Positions 13,028-25,987 of a stretch of 64,000 bases of DNA are shown one piece after another (position 1 is the first letter of the stretch; each line of letters opens with the position of its first letter). The translations under genes were made by a program, and so were the position numbers. The stretch covers positions 105,774,001 to 105,838,000 of the forward strand of contig NC_045697.1 of NCBI RefSeq assembly GCF_009834535.1, read 5' to 3'. Source of the DNA: Camelus ferus (taxonomy: Eukaryota). Below the pieces are notes generated by a model, which worked only from the letters and a program-made list of their open reading frames with translations, searched no databases and had not been told where the DNA came from.

Positions 13028-15299
13028 TGGTTAAGCATCACTAATTCCAGACCCAGTGCAGAGGACTCTACCTGCAATATCTTGTTAATTTTCACATCTA
13101 CCCAAAAAGGAAGGTACTAGTATAATTTAGACTCAAAGAAGTTAAGAAAGCATAGAGCTGAGATTAGAACTATAACGAGCTTCAGTGCAAAGCCCAAGCT
13201 GTTAACTATAACCCTTGTCATGGTATATATTGCTACAGAAATATCTTTTTGGTTTTAATCCCAGAAAAAGAGAGATTATTCTAGTTGCCCCCCAACTATT
13301 TGGAGTTTTCTATAAACTTCTGACACATATTCACTGAGATGTCATGATGATTTTTTAGATCTGAACTGAACTATTGAATGCACTTAAGTGTTTGGCATTT
13401 CATGAGATGACACACACTTCTGGTTCTCCTGCTAATTTGTAGTATGAGTTAGGGTTTGTCACTTATAAAACTATGGGGTTTTTCCCACTTGTAAATTACA
13501 GAAAATCATCATAAAATTGAAGACCTGGATATCCCAATGGCCTGGGAATGTGAGGGACAGGGAGTTTAAGTGACTATTCCAGGGTGATCAGGAGGTTAAC
13601 TTGATCAGAACCAAGGCTCCTGGTGTGTGCTCCAGGTTTTATTCAACCAGCCTATATTGTATCTCCCATATCACGTGTCTTTGGGAAGACGTGCTGGTTC
13701 AGAACCTGGTCTCCATAACCTGTTGAACATGCCTCAAGGGAATGGGTATGTTAGGTCTCTACCCTGCATCTTGTACAACTTTGGCTCTCTGAGCCCAACT
13801 CTTAGCCAATATGTGACTTCTTGGAAGACATCAGGAGGCCCCAGCACAGGGCATAGCCACTCCTGGAAATGTGAGCCTGCTCTCACTGTGTACCTATAGC
13901 TTGTGCTCAGGCATCCTTTTGCTTTTAATGAGATTTTGCAGTGACAGGATTGGAACAGATTGCTGGCATTATGGCAGCCAGGATATTGTCAGGAGGAACT
14001 TGGCAGTGCTTGTAGGTGTTATGATGCTGCCTCTTTGCTCAAGGGCAAGAGTATCGAAGGGAAAATTAGAGATGAAAGAGAGAGTGAGGGATAATGTCAG
14101 AAAAGTTCAGAAGATGAAACCGGTAGCAGTAAATACATTGGAAGTTTTTTGAGGTTTACATACTTTGAGTCCTTGGTGACGGAAGACATAGCCAAGAACC
14201 ACTTCAGTGATATTCCTTCATAAATCTGCATAATAATCTCGCAGCGAGGAATTGGTGAAATTACAAGTATTCATTTACTAAATTGGGTTCAGTGTCTGTA
14301 TCATGCACACCATATGAATATTCAGTGCAGTGAATGCTTCCTAAGCTATGTTGAAGTTAACACATATGCTGAATATAACTCAAGGAGAACTCAAAATTGC
14401 ATACTTATTTTAACCTAACAGAGGTCCTAGTGTCTTAAAGAATTGGATCCAGTCCCACTCCCAATATGTCAATTAATACTCATTCTAACAAAACAAAATG
14501 TAAAGTCTTTTTAGTATTTGTATCTGATTTTTGGCATAAAGTGGTTTTCTTTGTAATAGAGGATTAGGATAATAATACACAGGGCTATGAATGGTTCCTT
14601 AGAACACAGTGGCAGCTGCCAAACAGACTCAGGAAGAATGTTTAATTACAATACTCAGTAATAACAACAAAGGAAAAGTTCAGTAAGAAGAAATGACTCT
14701 ATTATGAGACAGGGGTCTGTTGCTGAGTGAAGGAAGAGCCTTTTCCAGACCACAGACATTTGAAGTTGCCTTGGAAGCTGATAGATATTTTACCTTAAAA
14801 CTTGACCATTTTTTCTTCTTAAAGCAACTCAGTTGGTTTTCCAAGTTAAGCATATGGAATGACTTCTATTTCCAAAAAAGGAACTTTTTTCCTGAAATGA
14901 AAACTATTAATAATTTTCAGAGAAGAGGTGATCACCTCCAGTTCTGTATAACAAAAGAGCACTTAATCAGGAGTCTTTGAGTTCTCGTCCAAGACGCTGC
15001 AACAAACCGACTGTGAAGCCTCCAACCTTAAAAAATTAATTTCTCTGAACCTCTTCCAACTGTGAAATTTTCCATGATATTCTGATTATTCACATAGACA
15101 TATTAAAAATATTCCTTTGAGAATATCCTTGGTCATAATATTTTATATTGCTCTAAATTATAACCTGATTTTAGATCCACAGTAGATGGTCAAATGTAGT
15201 GTGTGAAATTTTATCAATAAATAGTATTTGTTGGTACTTATTTTATGGAAGATATTATGCTAAATATGCTTCATCTGCAAAATGTCAGTATACAAGCTA

Positions 15300-15480
15300 G
15301 CTTTATTTATTTATTTATTGAAACTTTCTTCTCAATCTGTTCTCTGTATCTGTGAGCTTGTTTTTGTTGTTGTTTTTTCAGATTCCATTTAGAAGAGAGA
15401 TCAAACGGTGTTTGTCTTTCTCTGTCTGACTTATTTCACTTAGCATAATGCCCTCAAGACTTTCCATGTTGTTGTAAATG
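15300..15480 (-). mobile_element. L1 3' fragment
   Basis: (TTTA)n tail, then tttgtctttctctgtctgacttatttcacttagcataatgccctcaag. Confidence 0.8.
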
Positions 15481-15484
15481 TCAA

Positions 15485-15642
15485 TAAGGTACCTTTATCA
15501 TTGTCTTCACTTTATAGATGGAGAAATTGAAACTCAGAAAGTCTAAGTCACTTGTACCATGTCATGTAGTTAATAAGTAACAAAACTGAGATTCAAAGTC
15601 AAGTTTCTCTGATCCCAACAACCACAGGTTCACCATTCTGCC
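15485..15642 (-). mobile_element. MIR SINE
   Basis: cactttatagatggagaaattgaaactcagaaagtctaagtcacttg...gagattcaaa. Confidence 0.75.
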
Positions 15643-16149
15643 CTCCTTCCTTTCAGACAACTTCTGGATGCATGGCGAGCTTCCCATGTCCGTCATTAGT
15701 GTGTGCTGAGGAAATGGGCTTGGGTTCTTAATTGAACGTGTTATTCATCTAAAGAGATCTAAATGAGAGATGCAATGAAAATGTTATTTAAAGGACAAAG
15801 CTCTGACTTTCAGAGGCGCTGAGAGAGGGGAGATGCTGTAGTTGATTATCACTATGCTTAGCAATAGTAAACAACTAGTGGGGTCAGTTTTCCTATCTTT
15901 CTTTAAGATACTTTCATATCTCTATGGCAACGGGGCAAATATGACAGACACAGAAACACCCAAGTGCACGGATGGCACTTGGGAAAATAGTACATGACAG
16001 TGGGTTGCAGATACAAAGTGAGAAGTAACCACACCTCACTTGGTTTTGCCAATTGGGGAAACTCGGGAAAGATAATGCAAGCATTTGGGGAAGGAACTAA
16101 ACGTTAAATCTGAAAGATTTATTTTAGCAGAGATAGTATGTACTGATTA

Positions 16150-16630
16150 GAAGACATAGAGGCTGCAGCTAGAGAACTGGGTGTGGAGTTGTCTTTATGA
16201 TGGAAGACAAGCCAAGGCTGAAAAAAAAGAATTTAGTGGTGGTTATCAAGAGACATAAATCAAATGTCTGGAAAGAGATTCATCAGTCTCAGGTGGTGAG
16301 GTGTCAAGATGCAGTGCAGTCACATCCCAGGGAATGCCTCCCAATGGGAATGTTTATACTTGGAGAGGTGCCAGAAGGGAATCCATGCACTGAAGTTACC
16401 TTAGGTTTATAGTAACTTATGCAGCAAATGAAACAAAATTCCCCCAGCATGAAATTAGAGAAAATTTATTTTTCAGTGAAGAAGTTCAAATTTAGATCCC
16501 ATCAAATGTGATAATCAGATATGATGGACAGAGCTATGACTTGCCAAAGAAAACTACAGAGGAAGAAAAGGTCTCTGGGGATTCTAATAACTAGTGAGAA
16601 GACTGAAGAATATTTTGAAAAAGTAGAAGG
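16150..16630 (+). mobile_element. Possible highly decayed L3/CR1 3' ORF2 fragment
   Basis: agagaactggg...gccaaggctgaaa...atttagtggtggttatcaag weakly recalls the CR1 C-terminal 'ELGxFSLEKRRLRGDLIxVFKY' region. Confidence 0.3.
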
Positions 16631-17119
16631 TAAGATTTATTATGTCAAAGCATAAAAACCTGTAGGACATTATTATGTTGGAAAGTAAGGTTTGGCAATA
16701 GGCTTGAAGGGCTTAGGAGAGACCAAAGTGATCAGGGACAAATTGAGTTGACATAAGTTTCTCCTTGGATAATTTTTACTAATACACTGCATTAGGAAAT
16801 GTATCATTGTTAAACTACCATGAAGAGTAAAGTAAAATTTTTAATTCTTAAATTCAGAGAAGTCAAGTCCAGAGTTAGAGGGACAGTCTTTCTGCCTTCA
16901 TACGGCAAATAAAGAAATGATCGTGTGGAAATGAAGCTGTCCATCTCATATTATTTAGAAGCAAAAATGTATTTTTAAAGAAAAATAATCAAATTCTAGT
17001 ATCTTTATTTTTGTTAAAATTGTGAATGTTCTTATGATAAAGAAACTATCAGTGTACCTCAGGGAGGAAAGCATAAAGGAGTCATTAGAAAAGGTTCTAA
17101 GTAGTACTGCAGCTGATGA

Positions 17120-17300
17120 AGATGCTGTTTCTAAAGTCAGAGGACAGAAGAGGTATCTTGGTAAGTCTCCTGGCAAGCGTGACTGCCGGCCGTAACCACT
17201 GGAAATGTCTGTGTCCAGAGTTAGATGGGCCTTCACTACGCTCTGCTTAGCCAGCTAACAGAGCGTGGAGCGCAGCCCCATTGAGGTCAGGAAACTATTT
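17120..17300 (+). mobile_element. Possible ancient tRNA-derived SINE remnant (MamSINE1-like)
   Basis: ttagccagctaacagagcgtggagc resembles a tRNA 5' half/A-box (ttagctcagttggttagagcgtggtgc); local CpG retention. Confidence 0.3.
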
Positions 17301-17659
17301 ATGGTCCTCTGTGACTTTACTTAGATTACAAACGAAACATCCTGATTTCAGGAAAGAACATTCAATAGGAGGCCCGACCTTGTGCAGACAAGGATGAAGC
17401 TGGAAAAATGCCCCCTCAGACCAGAATATTTTCAAACAAGTTGACTTAGGTTCTTCCATTTAAATGGTTTTGTTTCAGCAGACATTTTTTGGTTCATAAG
17501 ACAAACAGTTAAAAAAAATAGTTTGAAAAATAACAACAAACGAACAAAAGAAAACAAAAGAGATTTTTTAGGTTTCTTCTCTAGAACCTTCTCCTTTGCT
17601 AAGGTCACTTCTTTTGTGGGTATACTTATGAGGTCAGTAAGCTGCAACCCTGAAACACA

Positions 17660-17740
17660 GCAAAAGTAAGTGGAATTGTCTAAATTAAAAAGCAAACATT
17701 GCAAAAGCAAATGGAATTGTCTGAATTAACAAGCAAAGTT
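17660..17740. repeat. Imperfect tandem duplication, 2 x ~41 bp
   Basis: gcaaaagtaagtggaattgtctaaattaaaaagcaaacatt / gcaaaagcaaatggaattgtctgaattaacaagcaaagtt. Confidence 0.9.
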
Positions 17741-18194
17741 GGCTTCATACATTTTGACTATGATATATTGAATTAATGTTTATAAACAAGGTTGGGGTAG
17801 CATGTCTATACAAAATAATTTTCCATGTTGCAGTCTTTCAAATGGAAATGGCTAGGTGGCATGACTTTGTCAGGATTCAGTAGTCCTTTTAATCGTTCGA
17901 AAGGGGCTACAATTTTTCTATGTTACATCCCTGTACAGGCTTCAAACTTTTCATCAGATTCCTGTCTTGGGTTCCTGTTGATTCCAGAGGAACTTATTTT
18001 AGCACTGGTTTGACAGCAACTGGCCATATCCAATGACCTTGAAAATTAGTTGTAGGGAAGTAGGTGAAATAAGTCATATGCACATTTTCACTTAGAGTTT
18101 AGTAAGCAGAAGTTAATGCTTTATGAAGGAAACTAAGTTACAACAGAAAAATAATTTTTTAAGAAACAAAAGAATGGAGATGTTGTGGTTTCTT

Positions 18195-18390
18195 GGAAGA
18201 ATAATGGATTTGATCCTGAGTCTCAAATTTCCCATGACTGAGTGATTTACTAAAGGCCACGTATTTATAAGTGTTCATTTAAGTGTCTATAACATGGGAA
18301 TAATAATTCCATCCTGTCCTATGTAAGAAAAAAATAACAGTTTAAATGGACATAGAGATCATGAGATTAAAAATGCTGTGTAAATATGAG
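18195..18390 (+). mobile_element. Decayed MIR
   Basis: tctataacatgggaataataattccatcctgtcct...gagattaaa. Confidence 0.45.
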
Positions 18391-18709
18391 TCATCCAAAA
18401 TTAATTAAAATGAACTCAACTGAAATTATACTTTTAAAAGGGGTTTTTATAAATGAAATGAATTAATTGAAATTTTTTAAAACAATACAGCAACATACTC
18501 TGAAAGAAGCACTTTTAGAAAGCTAAGCTTTACTTAATGACTATGAAAAAAGAAAAGTCAGTAGATTAATTGTCATCTAAGACATGGCTTTGTTATTCTC
18601 AAATTAGAACCAGTATTTCTAGGAGTTTCCAGTGATTCTTGATATGTAGGAATAAGTCTGAAATTTAAATACACAACGTTGTTATTAGCTCCTCCATTTA
18701 AAAAAAGAG

Positions 18710-18900
18710 CACTTATTATGCACCTCCTGTGTTCCAAGCAACATGCTAGGCACTGGGAATTCCACAGGGAGGAAAAAAGAGATGATCTTGGGCTTAGATC
18801 CAGACCATCACGGAGCTCTGACTGGTCTCTATTTCTCCATGACAGCAAGAAGACTTATCAAAATACCAGTGATGAACATGTAATGAGAGGACAGAGCATC
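18710..18900 (-). mobile_element. L2 3' fragment
   Basis: ttattatgcacctcctgttccaagcaacatgctaggcactgggaat. Confidence 0.55.
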
Positions 18901-21129
18901 ATCATATAAAAAGTTTCCAGAACTTTAATGGTGAGCTGGAGAGTATGGACTTAAGATAAAATGTAGGGTGTGGCCATTGCACAGATTAGGGGCAAGTTGT
19001 GATATGTGTTGTGCTGCTGCCTTTTTGTTTGTTTGTTATTTCCAGCTTGTCTACAATTTCTAGAGCTTCAATGCTAATAATAATATAGAAACTGACAAGT
19101 CTAACTTGCTCTGTAACCAGATTGTATAGGAGCTGATCACCTTGGAGGATCTGGGAATCCTGCAGTCTTGAGATCAGGAGAACCTTAAGGATAACTTTTC
19201 AGGTCCTCTGTTAGAAACATGAAATTCATTAGAGGGGTCTGAAGACCACAGAGAGGATTTTCTACCCTCATCTGAGCAAAGCAAAAATAGCATGTCTACT
19301 AGACTTCAAGTAGAATAGGGAGACTTATTTGTATAGTTGTAATAATCTATGTATGCTGAGATTAGAAAGGGGGTGCTGAGTGCATAGCCAGGATCACAGA
19401 CAACCTGTCTTTTCCTCTTATCTTATTTTGCACAAAGGAGTCAAGTTTTGCTTGTTTTTCTATTTGAAGATTGGGGTGCATAGGTGGGTATGGGGGGCTA
19501 TTTCCTCTAATGTCTTCTGGTTGTCATAAGGTCTGTTGAGATACTACTTCAAATTTGTTCTCATGCTCTAAGGTATCCTGAGTCCTTTCTGAGGTGCCGG
19601 AGAGGTTTGTAGAGAGTAAGGAAGATCTCTGACTTTCACAGTCACGTGCCGGCGGTGCTTAATGTTGGGCCATTGAAAATTAGTGAAGTTGTATAATCTT
19701 CCTTGGGTTTTCTTGCTAATTAAGCCTAGTACAATTTACCTCATTAATTTGATCTTAATGAGTTCATCTGCAATGATTTAATACAACTTTGAGGAACAGC
19801 TTTCTTTAGTCTTTAATTCACGACAGTTCCCCTTCTATTTGGCAGTACATTAATGGAAATGGAAAATTGCCTCATTCTAAATGTCAGAATAATACTGCAC
19901 CAAAAACAATTCAGTCATGTCTTTCAAACCACGCACATATGGTTCATCACCAAATGTCACTGTTCTTCCCCCCTCCTCCCCCATGCCCCCCTCCTGCCTG
20001 TACCTTCCCTCTGTATTTTCTTTCTATTCGCCTGTCTCTGGTGATCATTGTTTGGATCAACTTTCTAATATCTTTGCATAAGCTTCATTTCTCCTGTTGT
20101 CCAGGTACCAGTTCTCAGAACACTGGTTTTACCCAGATCCTTGGAATTGGCAGAGTTCACAGATCAGGTGAAAGTTATTGCTTTTAGTATAGCAAATGTC
20201 TTTCATCTGCTTTCAAAATTGGAAAAAAAAATTTATATGAACCATCTTCAAAATAATTTTTGTGCATAATTTTGGGCTGTTTTGTGAAGTTCTCTAAGTA
20301 AAGCTATATTCCTCACTCTGTCTACCTCACAGCAATCTTTTTTCTTTTATTTTTTTCCCCAGCACTGTATTTAAGTGAGTTTCTCTCTAGAACAAATGCT
20401 TTTATTATGAGTACTTTAGTTATGATTTATTGGCTAAGTTCCAACACAATTTCTCTTGCACTTAAGGATACAAACTTTAAATTGCAAATCTTAACTCACT
20501 GACACTTAAAGGACATTGCAATAAAATTCTTAAAATTAATCTATAATCTAAACTATCTAAAGACTGTCCATTTTTCATAAAGAGAAAGCTAAAAGGTAGA
20601 GCAATTTCCAAAGTTATTGATCAAACATCACCTTTCAGAGGTCAACCTCTAAAGAATATTTTAAATGATACAATTTTCTTTCTGGAAAGGACCCCCTTTT
20701 CAGATAATATTTGAAGGAAAAAGAAACTTCCAGAAAAAAGAATCCCCACTCTAAATTGCATTTTTTTTTAACATCAGTAGATTTAAAGTACTTGTCTGAA
20801 ACTAGATTTTTGAATCTTAATTAATTTATTGGTTTTGCTTTTTCTTTCTACCAGCAAACTGACTCATCTGTAAAGTATGAATGTTTTAATTCAAGTACAG
20901 TGTTTTCTGCAGATGGAAGTTCACATGTTTAAGCAGTCAGAAGGTAATCATAGGGTGACCTGTAATCTTGCATTACAGAGGTAGAATCGGAAAGCACCAG
21001 GGACATGACTTAACTTCTCAGTTTTTCTTTTCTTCTATCTAGTGATAGATATTTAAGAAATTTGCCAGTTTTACCCTACAGAAACTAATAATATAATTAT
21101 TATCATAAGAATTATATATTTTTCCAAGA

Positions 21130-21310
21130 TTCATTTAGCATCCACTATGTGACAGGTGCCTTACACAGGTTATTCAACCTAATTTTCCAGAGAACAGTGA
21201 AGTAGGTTCGAAAATAGTTTTCATGGAGGTTTAAAGAGCTGACGTTACAGAGATGGTGTGTATGTGGATAACTGCTTTTCATCTCTACAGTTTTTCTATT
21301 ATCTGTACTA
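21130..21310 (-). mobile_element. MIR fragment
   Basis: cattt-agcatccactatgtgacaggtgccttacacaggttattcaacctaat. Confidence 0.5.
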
Positions 21311-21489
21311 TTTACCCTAGAGCAGAAAAGGACACAGTATCTTATCCACTCCCCTCTGTTGTCAGTCGTCACCAGCGTTTACTAGACTACTTTCCGCGAT
21401 GCAGGGCTCACGCCCTGAGGCGGGCTGACCATTGCAAAACAGCTCGGTTGACAGAATAGGATTCATTCTATTACAACAGAAGCGAGTCC

Positions 21490-22150
21490 TATATATTTGC
21501 CCATTGTCTTTCTTCTGCATTCTGTTATAACACAATTAGTCAAATCTTCCTCCATGTTATTCCTTCAGCTGTCTGAGGACACCACTGATACCCTAAATTG
21601 ATTTCTCCTCTGGGTGAACATTTCCAGTTCTTTGCTTCAGGGTCCTTCATGGTGAAATCAGAATAAGCTACAATAGACCATACAAAATCTGAACCAGTTT
21701 AAATAAAACAGTATTGAATTTGGGCACTGTATTTTTTTAAAATGTAAACTCAGTTGATAGCATGTGCGTGTGTCTGTGTGCCTGAATTATGTAAGTTGAG
21801 AATCACGTAAAAAAATAAATGGCAACATAAATTTCTAGGAACTGGATCACCACCCTGTACTAATGTAACTGACTTTTTGAACCTCACATAAACCGTTACA
21901 TCCTTCATGTAAGTTTATACACCCCGACTTGGTCAGTCAGTGTATTTTTTAATTTGTTTCCATTAGTTGATGCTTGAATCCTCTCTTCCTTCCTCCCATC
22001 TTTCTGACAACATTACATTTCATAGAAATTTTTTTTTCCATATTGTCAGTGAAGTAATTGATGTAAAAGTCAAACTGAAAACAAATTCCCAGAACATGAC
22101 CCCATGGACTTTCCCCTGGGCCGCCTCCAAGTCAGCACATCTGATTGGCT
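21490..22150 (-). mobile_element. L3/CR1 LINE ORF2 (RT to C-terminal) remnant
   Basis: Antisense CR1-like segments in the expected order: ttctcctctgggtgaacatttccagttctt (C-terminus) and aagtaattgatgtaaaagtcaaac...cccagaacatgaccccatgg (GVPQGSVLGP...FINDL region). Confidence 0.55.
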
Positions 22151-23895
22151 GTCATTTAGGGTTCCCTGCATTACCCTGAACCTTCTGGAAAAAATGGGAG
22201 CTGCCCCCAAGGCCTCTGCCTGTCTGCAGACACTACTAATCTTTTTCTTGTGATCTTTAATTGTTTTGGTTTTGTTTTAAAGTCACATCTGGATGTGAGA
22301 CTTCACGCCATTGTTTTGCCATGTCCTTTGTTCTAGGCTCTCTCTGTGTGATACTTATCTTTGGTTTTACAGCCAATTTGTTCACACATTACTAATTCAT
22401 AGGTTAAGTAAAATACACAAAAAACATACTCATTTTCTACATATGTTCAGAAGTGCAGGCGGGGTACGATGCACTCTTATGAATATACCAAAGACTTGCT
22501 CCCTGGGGTTTCCTTTTAAAGCTGAGTTCAATCAATTGACCATGCATAGACACAAAAGATTCTTCAGATTCCTCCCTCTTTTCTTTCTCAAAGAGATTGT
22601 AAGAATTTGCTAGATGGTGCCTCAAGGCTCTGATTTTACTCATTTTCACTCACTGTTTGGCTCCTAAAAGGGGCTCAGTGCTGGTTGGTGGATCTCAGCC
22701 TCATTGAATTCTGATCACTTGTGAATATCTTCATCAGAATTTCACTTCTCAATCCTTCTATTCTTCTTGTTTCTTCCTTTTCAGAACTACTACCCTTGGA
22801 AAGACACCTGCTTTTTGCTTCCTTGCTTTTAAAACCGTGTGTTTTACAGGTGGGAGTTCATTTGCCTTGGCTTGATACCCCCTTTCTTTGTGACCATCAC
22901 ACCCGGTGTGACCCTATCTTGTCCACAGAATCCCAACACTTCCAAGTCACCAAAAACATTTTTTCTGGATACTCAAAATTAAAGACCATTATAAATAAGC
23001 TCAAGAACCTGAAGATATGATAGTTTCAACCACATCCATAGTAACTAATACCAACAAGCAAATGAACAATTAAATTCAAAGGGGCTGTTCTGAATGCTTA
23101 TTTTCCCTTTTAATCCAGAAATGATAGCTCTAACACCTCATGAGTGCCTCTTCTCTGCCAAGCACCATCATAGATATGTTCATATAAGTTACCTTTAAAG
23201 TATATGAAAGACATTCTGACCATCTATTGTTTTAAATAAATTGTTATGTTATGTTCCAGAGGCTCATTGAAGAGATGAGAGATTGATCAAAAACATGAGT
23301 AGAATGAAATTGGATTCTCCTTTTGAGCATTCCAAGCAACTTGATTGATTTAAATTTTAAGTAAATTTTGTTTCTATAAATACTTACACGTGATCAGTGC
23401 TCATTCAATGACAAAGGTGAGTTAAAACAAACAAACAAAAAAAACCCCAAATTTTTATTTCCTTGTTTTTGCCGTGACCAGAAGATCAAGTACCAAAATA
23501 AAACTATAATGTGCCTCGTGATAGTTGTTAACTGGCTGGAACCAGCATATATCAGAGGTCAAGGAACTTATCCTCATAAGCAATTTTAAGAGCAAAGAGT
23601 TTCAGGTTACATCATAAATTCTTAGGTACTCACCCACAACGCATACCTTAGACCTTTCTGAGAACTTTTTCTTGACAGGTGAGTTCTCTGGTTGTAAATA
23701 GTAAGGTGTAGTGGACAGAATGCTACACTAAGAGTCAGCGGAACTAGATTCTAGCATTGCCTTGCATGTCGTGAGTAGCTTCCACTGGAGGGTGTGTTGG
23801 ATTCATTACAGTAGATCAGTGAGAAGGGTGTGTGAGTAGGGTCTAACAGGACTAAACTTGCTGGGGCAAAGGCCTGACATCTACAATATCATATT

Positions 23896-24365
23896 TGCAT
23901 CAGTTTCTTACTGCTGTCATAATTAATCACCACAAACTTGGTGTTAAAGTCACAGAAATGTACTCTCACGTACATTTGGATGCTTAAAGTCCAGAATCAA
24001 GGTGCCAACAGGGCCATGATCCCATTGAGGGCCCTAGAAAGGGCCTTCCCTGTAATTCCAGTGTCTCATGGTCCCAGGCATGCCCCGGCTTGTAGCTGAG
24101 CTGCATGGCTCCATCTGTCTCTACCAATCACCGCCTGTTCCTTCACAGGACCCCTTTCTCTGTCTCTGTGTGTCCTTTTCTGCCTCTTATAAAGGCATTT
24201 TCATTGGATTTTAGGGCCCACCTTAATCCAGTATGATCTCATCTCAGTTCTTAAGTATGTCTGCAAAGAACCTATTTCCTAATAATGTTTCAAAATTCTA
24301 TTTATTTCCAAATTCTAGGTTCCAAGTAGACATGAATTTGGGGGGATGCTCTTCAACTGGCCATA
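23896..24365 (-). mobile_element. MaLR solo LTR (MLT1B-like)
   Basis: tgcatcagtttc...caccacaaacttggtg...ttagggcccaccttaatccagtatgatctcatc...catgaatttgggggga. Confidence 0.85.
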
Positions 24366-24424
24366 GTATCTGTGGATACGTGGTGGCTCTTGGTTTGGGT
24401 CAATTTTCAAGTCATTTATTGATC

Positions 24425-24548
24425 CGTGATTCATTCATTCATTCAACAAAGATTTATTAAAAGCCTGTTCTATGGCATCCTCATCTAGGGATGAGGATAC
24501 TGCCCACAAACAAACATGAACCAGACCTTTGTGGAGCTTACAGTCTAG
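24425..24548 (-). mobile_element. L2 3' end fragment
   Basis: ttcattcattcattcaacaaagatttatt...ggagcttacagtctag. Confidence 0.7.
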
Positions 24549-25825
24549 AAACATCCCAAGGAGTCCCCTCAGGTAGATGAGACTCTGTTGTACATGTTTA
24601 ATTTAAAGTGTTGATCTCCAGAGTTACTTGATCATGCATATTTTTTTCAGCATGCACTTCCAAAACAAATTTCTGTTTTTATTTACTATATTATTCTATG
24701 AGCTACTTTATTAGCACATAGGTACATTATACAACACACCCAAATTAATGACTTTAAGAAATAAACATAATAAAAATAAATAGAAATTAAAATTCTAATA
24801 TTGTGTTTCAGATCTTAGTCATTTAGGCAAGTCATCCTCTTTTGCAAGAATGCTATCTAGATACCTGTTGTATTCTAAGTCTTGAGAGCAATCCATAGTT
24901 CTAGATGTGTCTTCTGATTGGAGCAACACCCCAACCAGGACTAAGGGTCCAGGAGGCAGGCAGTACCCTCTGGGATATTGAAATGACAAGTGATATACTG
25001 GTGTCCCTCAATCAAAGAAGGTACTCAGGCAAGGCTTCACACAGAAGGAATGGAATGCAAATAAGGGCATGAGCCCAGCTGTAAGGGTTTAATGATCATG
25101 ACAATCTGAAGTTTATGGATTTGCCGGTACTTGTGTCTATGTTAGGCAACTGGTTCTTGGATTCTGGACAGAGCTCCCAATTTGCTGTCAACATTAGTTA
25201 GTCATGGCTTGGGATTTGGATGAGGCTGAACCTGGGGAGTGAATTCTTCTGTGTTTGAAACTGGGAAGACAAGGAAAAGCAAGGGCTGACACCATTCCTG
25301 CCTATGACTAACTTGATGACTTTGTAAGAGAAATTCAATCACATTAAGCCTTATTTAGCCCAGCAAAATGAAGGTGATTACACTGTTTGAAATCAGGGTC
25401 TTAGAACTAGAAACTTTTTGTCATTTCTTCCAGAAATAGGACACACCATTGTATGATCCCGGTGTTTTTCAGTAAGTTAAATGTTTGCGAAGGAAGGGAC
25501 TGTTGACTATTCTAATGAAGACCGTTAAAATATCATACTCAAAGTTGAAGGAGGAACATTTTCAAGTAAGTTTGTTTATTAAATGGATTCAGAAGTGTCA
25601 TGGAGAGCATGAAGCTGTGATATGCTTTCCTAAAGAGGTGTGGTTGATTCATAAGTGAATATCTTTGAGGGAACTTGATAGAACCAGCAGAGATGTGCAA
25701 GCCTTTATTAACTTTGTGTTGTCTGATTGGGGACAATGCTAGGACAGTCCTGTGTGTTCAGAGAGGGAAGTAGATTTCCTGAGACCAATAAGGTAACCAG
25801 TAGGTGTTTATTTAAAATAGTCAGT

Positions 25826-25987
25826 GGGGGGAGGGATATAACTCAGTGGTAGAGTGTGCACGCTCTACTAACTTGGTGTGCATAAGGTCCTGGGTTCAAT
25901 CTCCAGTACCTCCATTTAAACAAACAAACAAACAAACAAACAAACCTAATTACCTCTCCCCCCCAAAATTTAAAAAATAATAATAAT
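25826..25987 (+). mobile_element. Camelid tRNA-derived SINE (Vic-1 type)
   Basis: ggggggagggatataactcagtggtagag (A box)...ggttcaatctcc (B box)...agtacctcca, (AAAC)n, cctaattacctctccccc, A-rich tail; TSD aaaatag(t/g)ca(g/a)t at 25814-25825 and 25988-25999. Confidence 0.88.

Noticed and set aside
12904..13095. Poly-Leu signal-peptide-like ORF
   Set aside because: Produced by the (AAT)n(AAC)n microsatellite.
20830..20950. Coding exon after a strong acceptor (ttttctttctaccag) with donor aag|gtaatc
   Set aside because: All three frames contain stops; a non-coding exon cannot be supported without RNA data.
25826..25915. tRNA gene
   Set aside because: A/B boxes belong to a SINE with an A-rich tail and TSD; the cloverleaf is disrupted.
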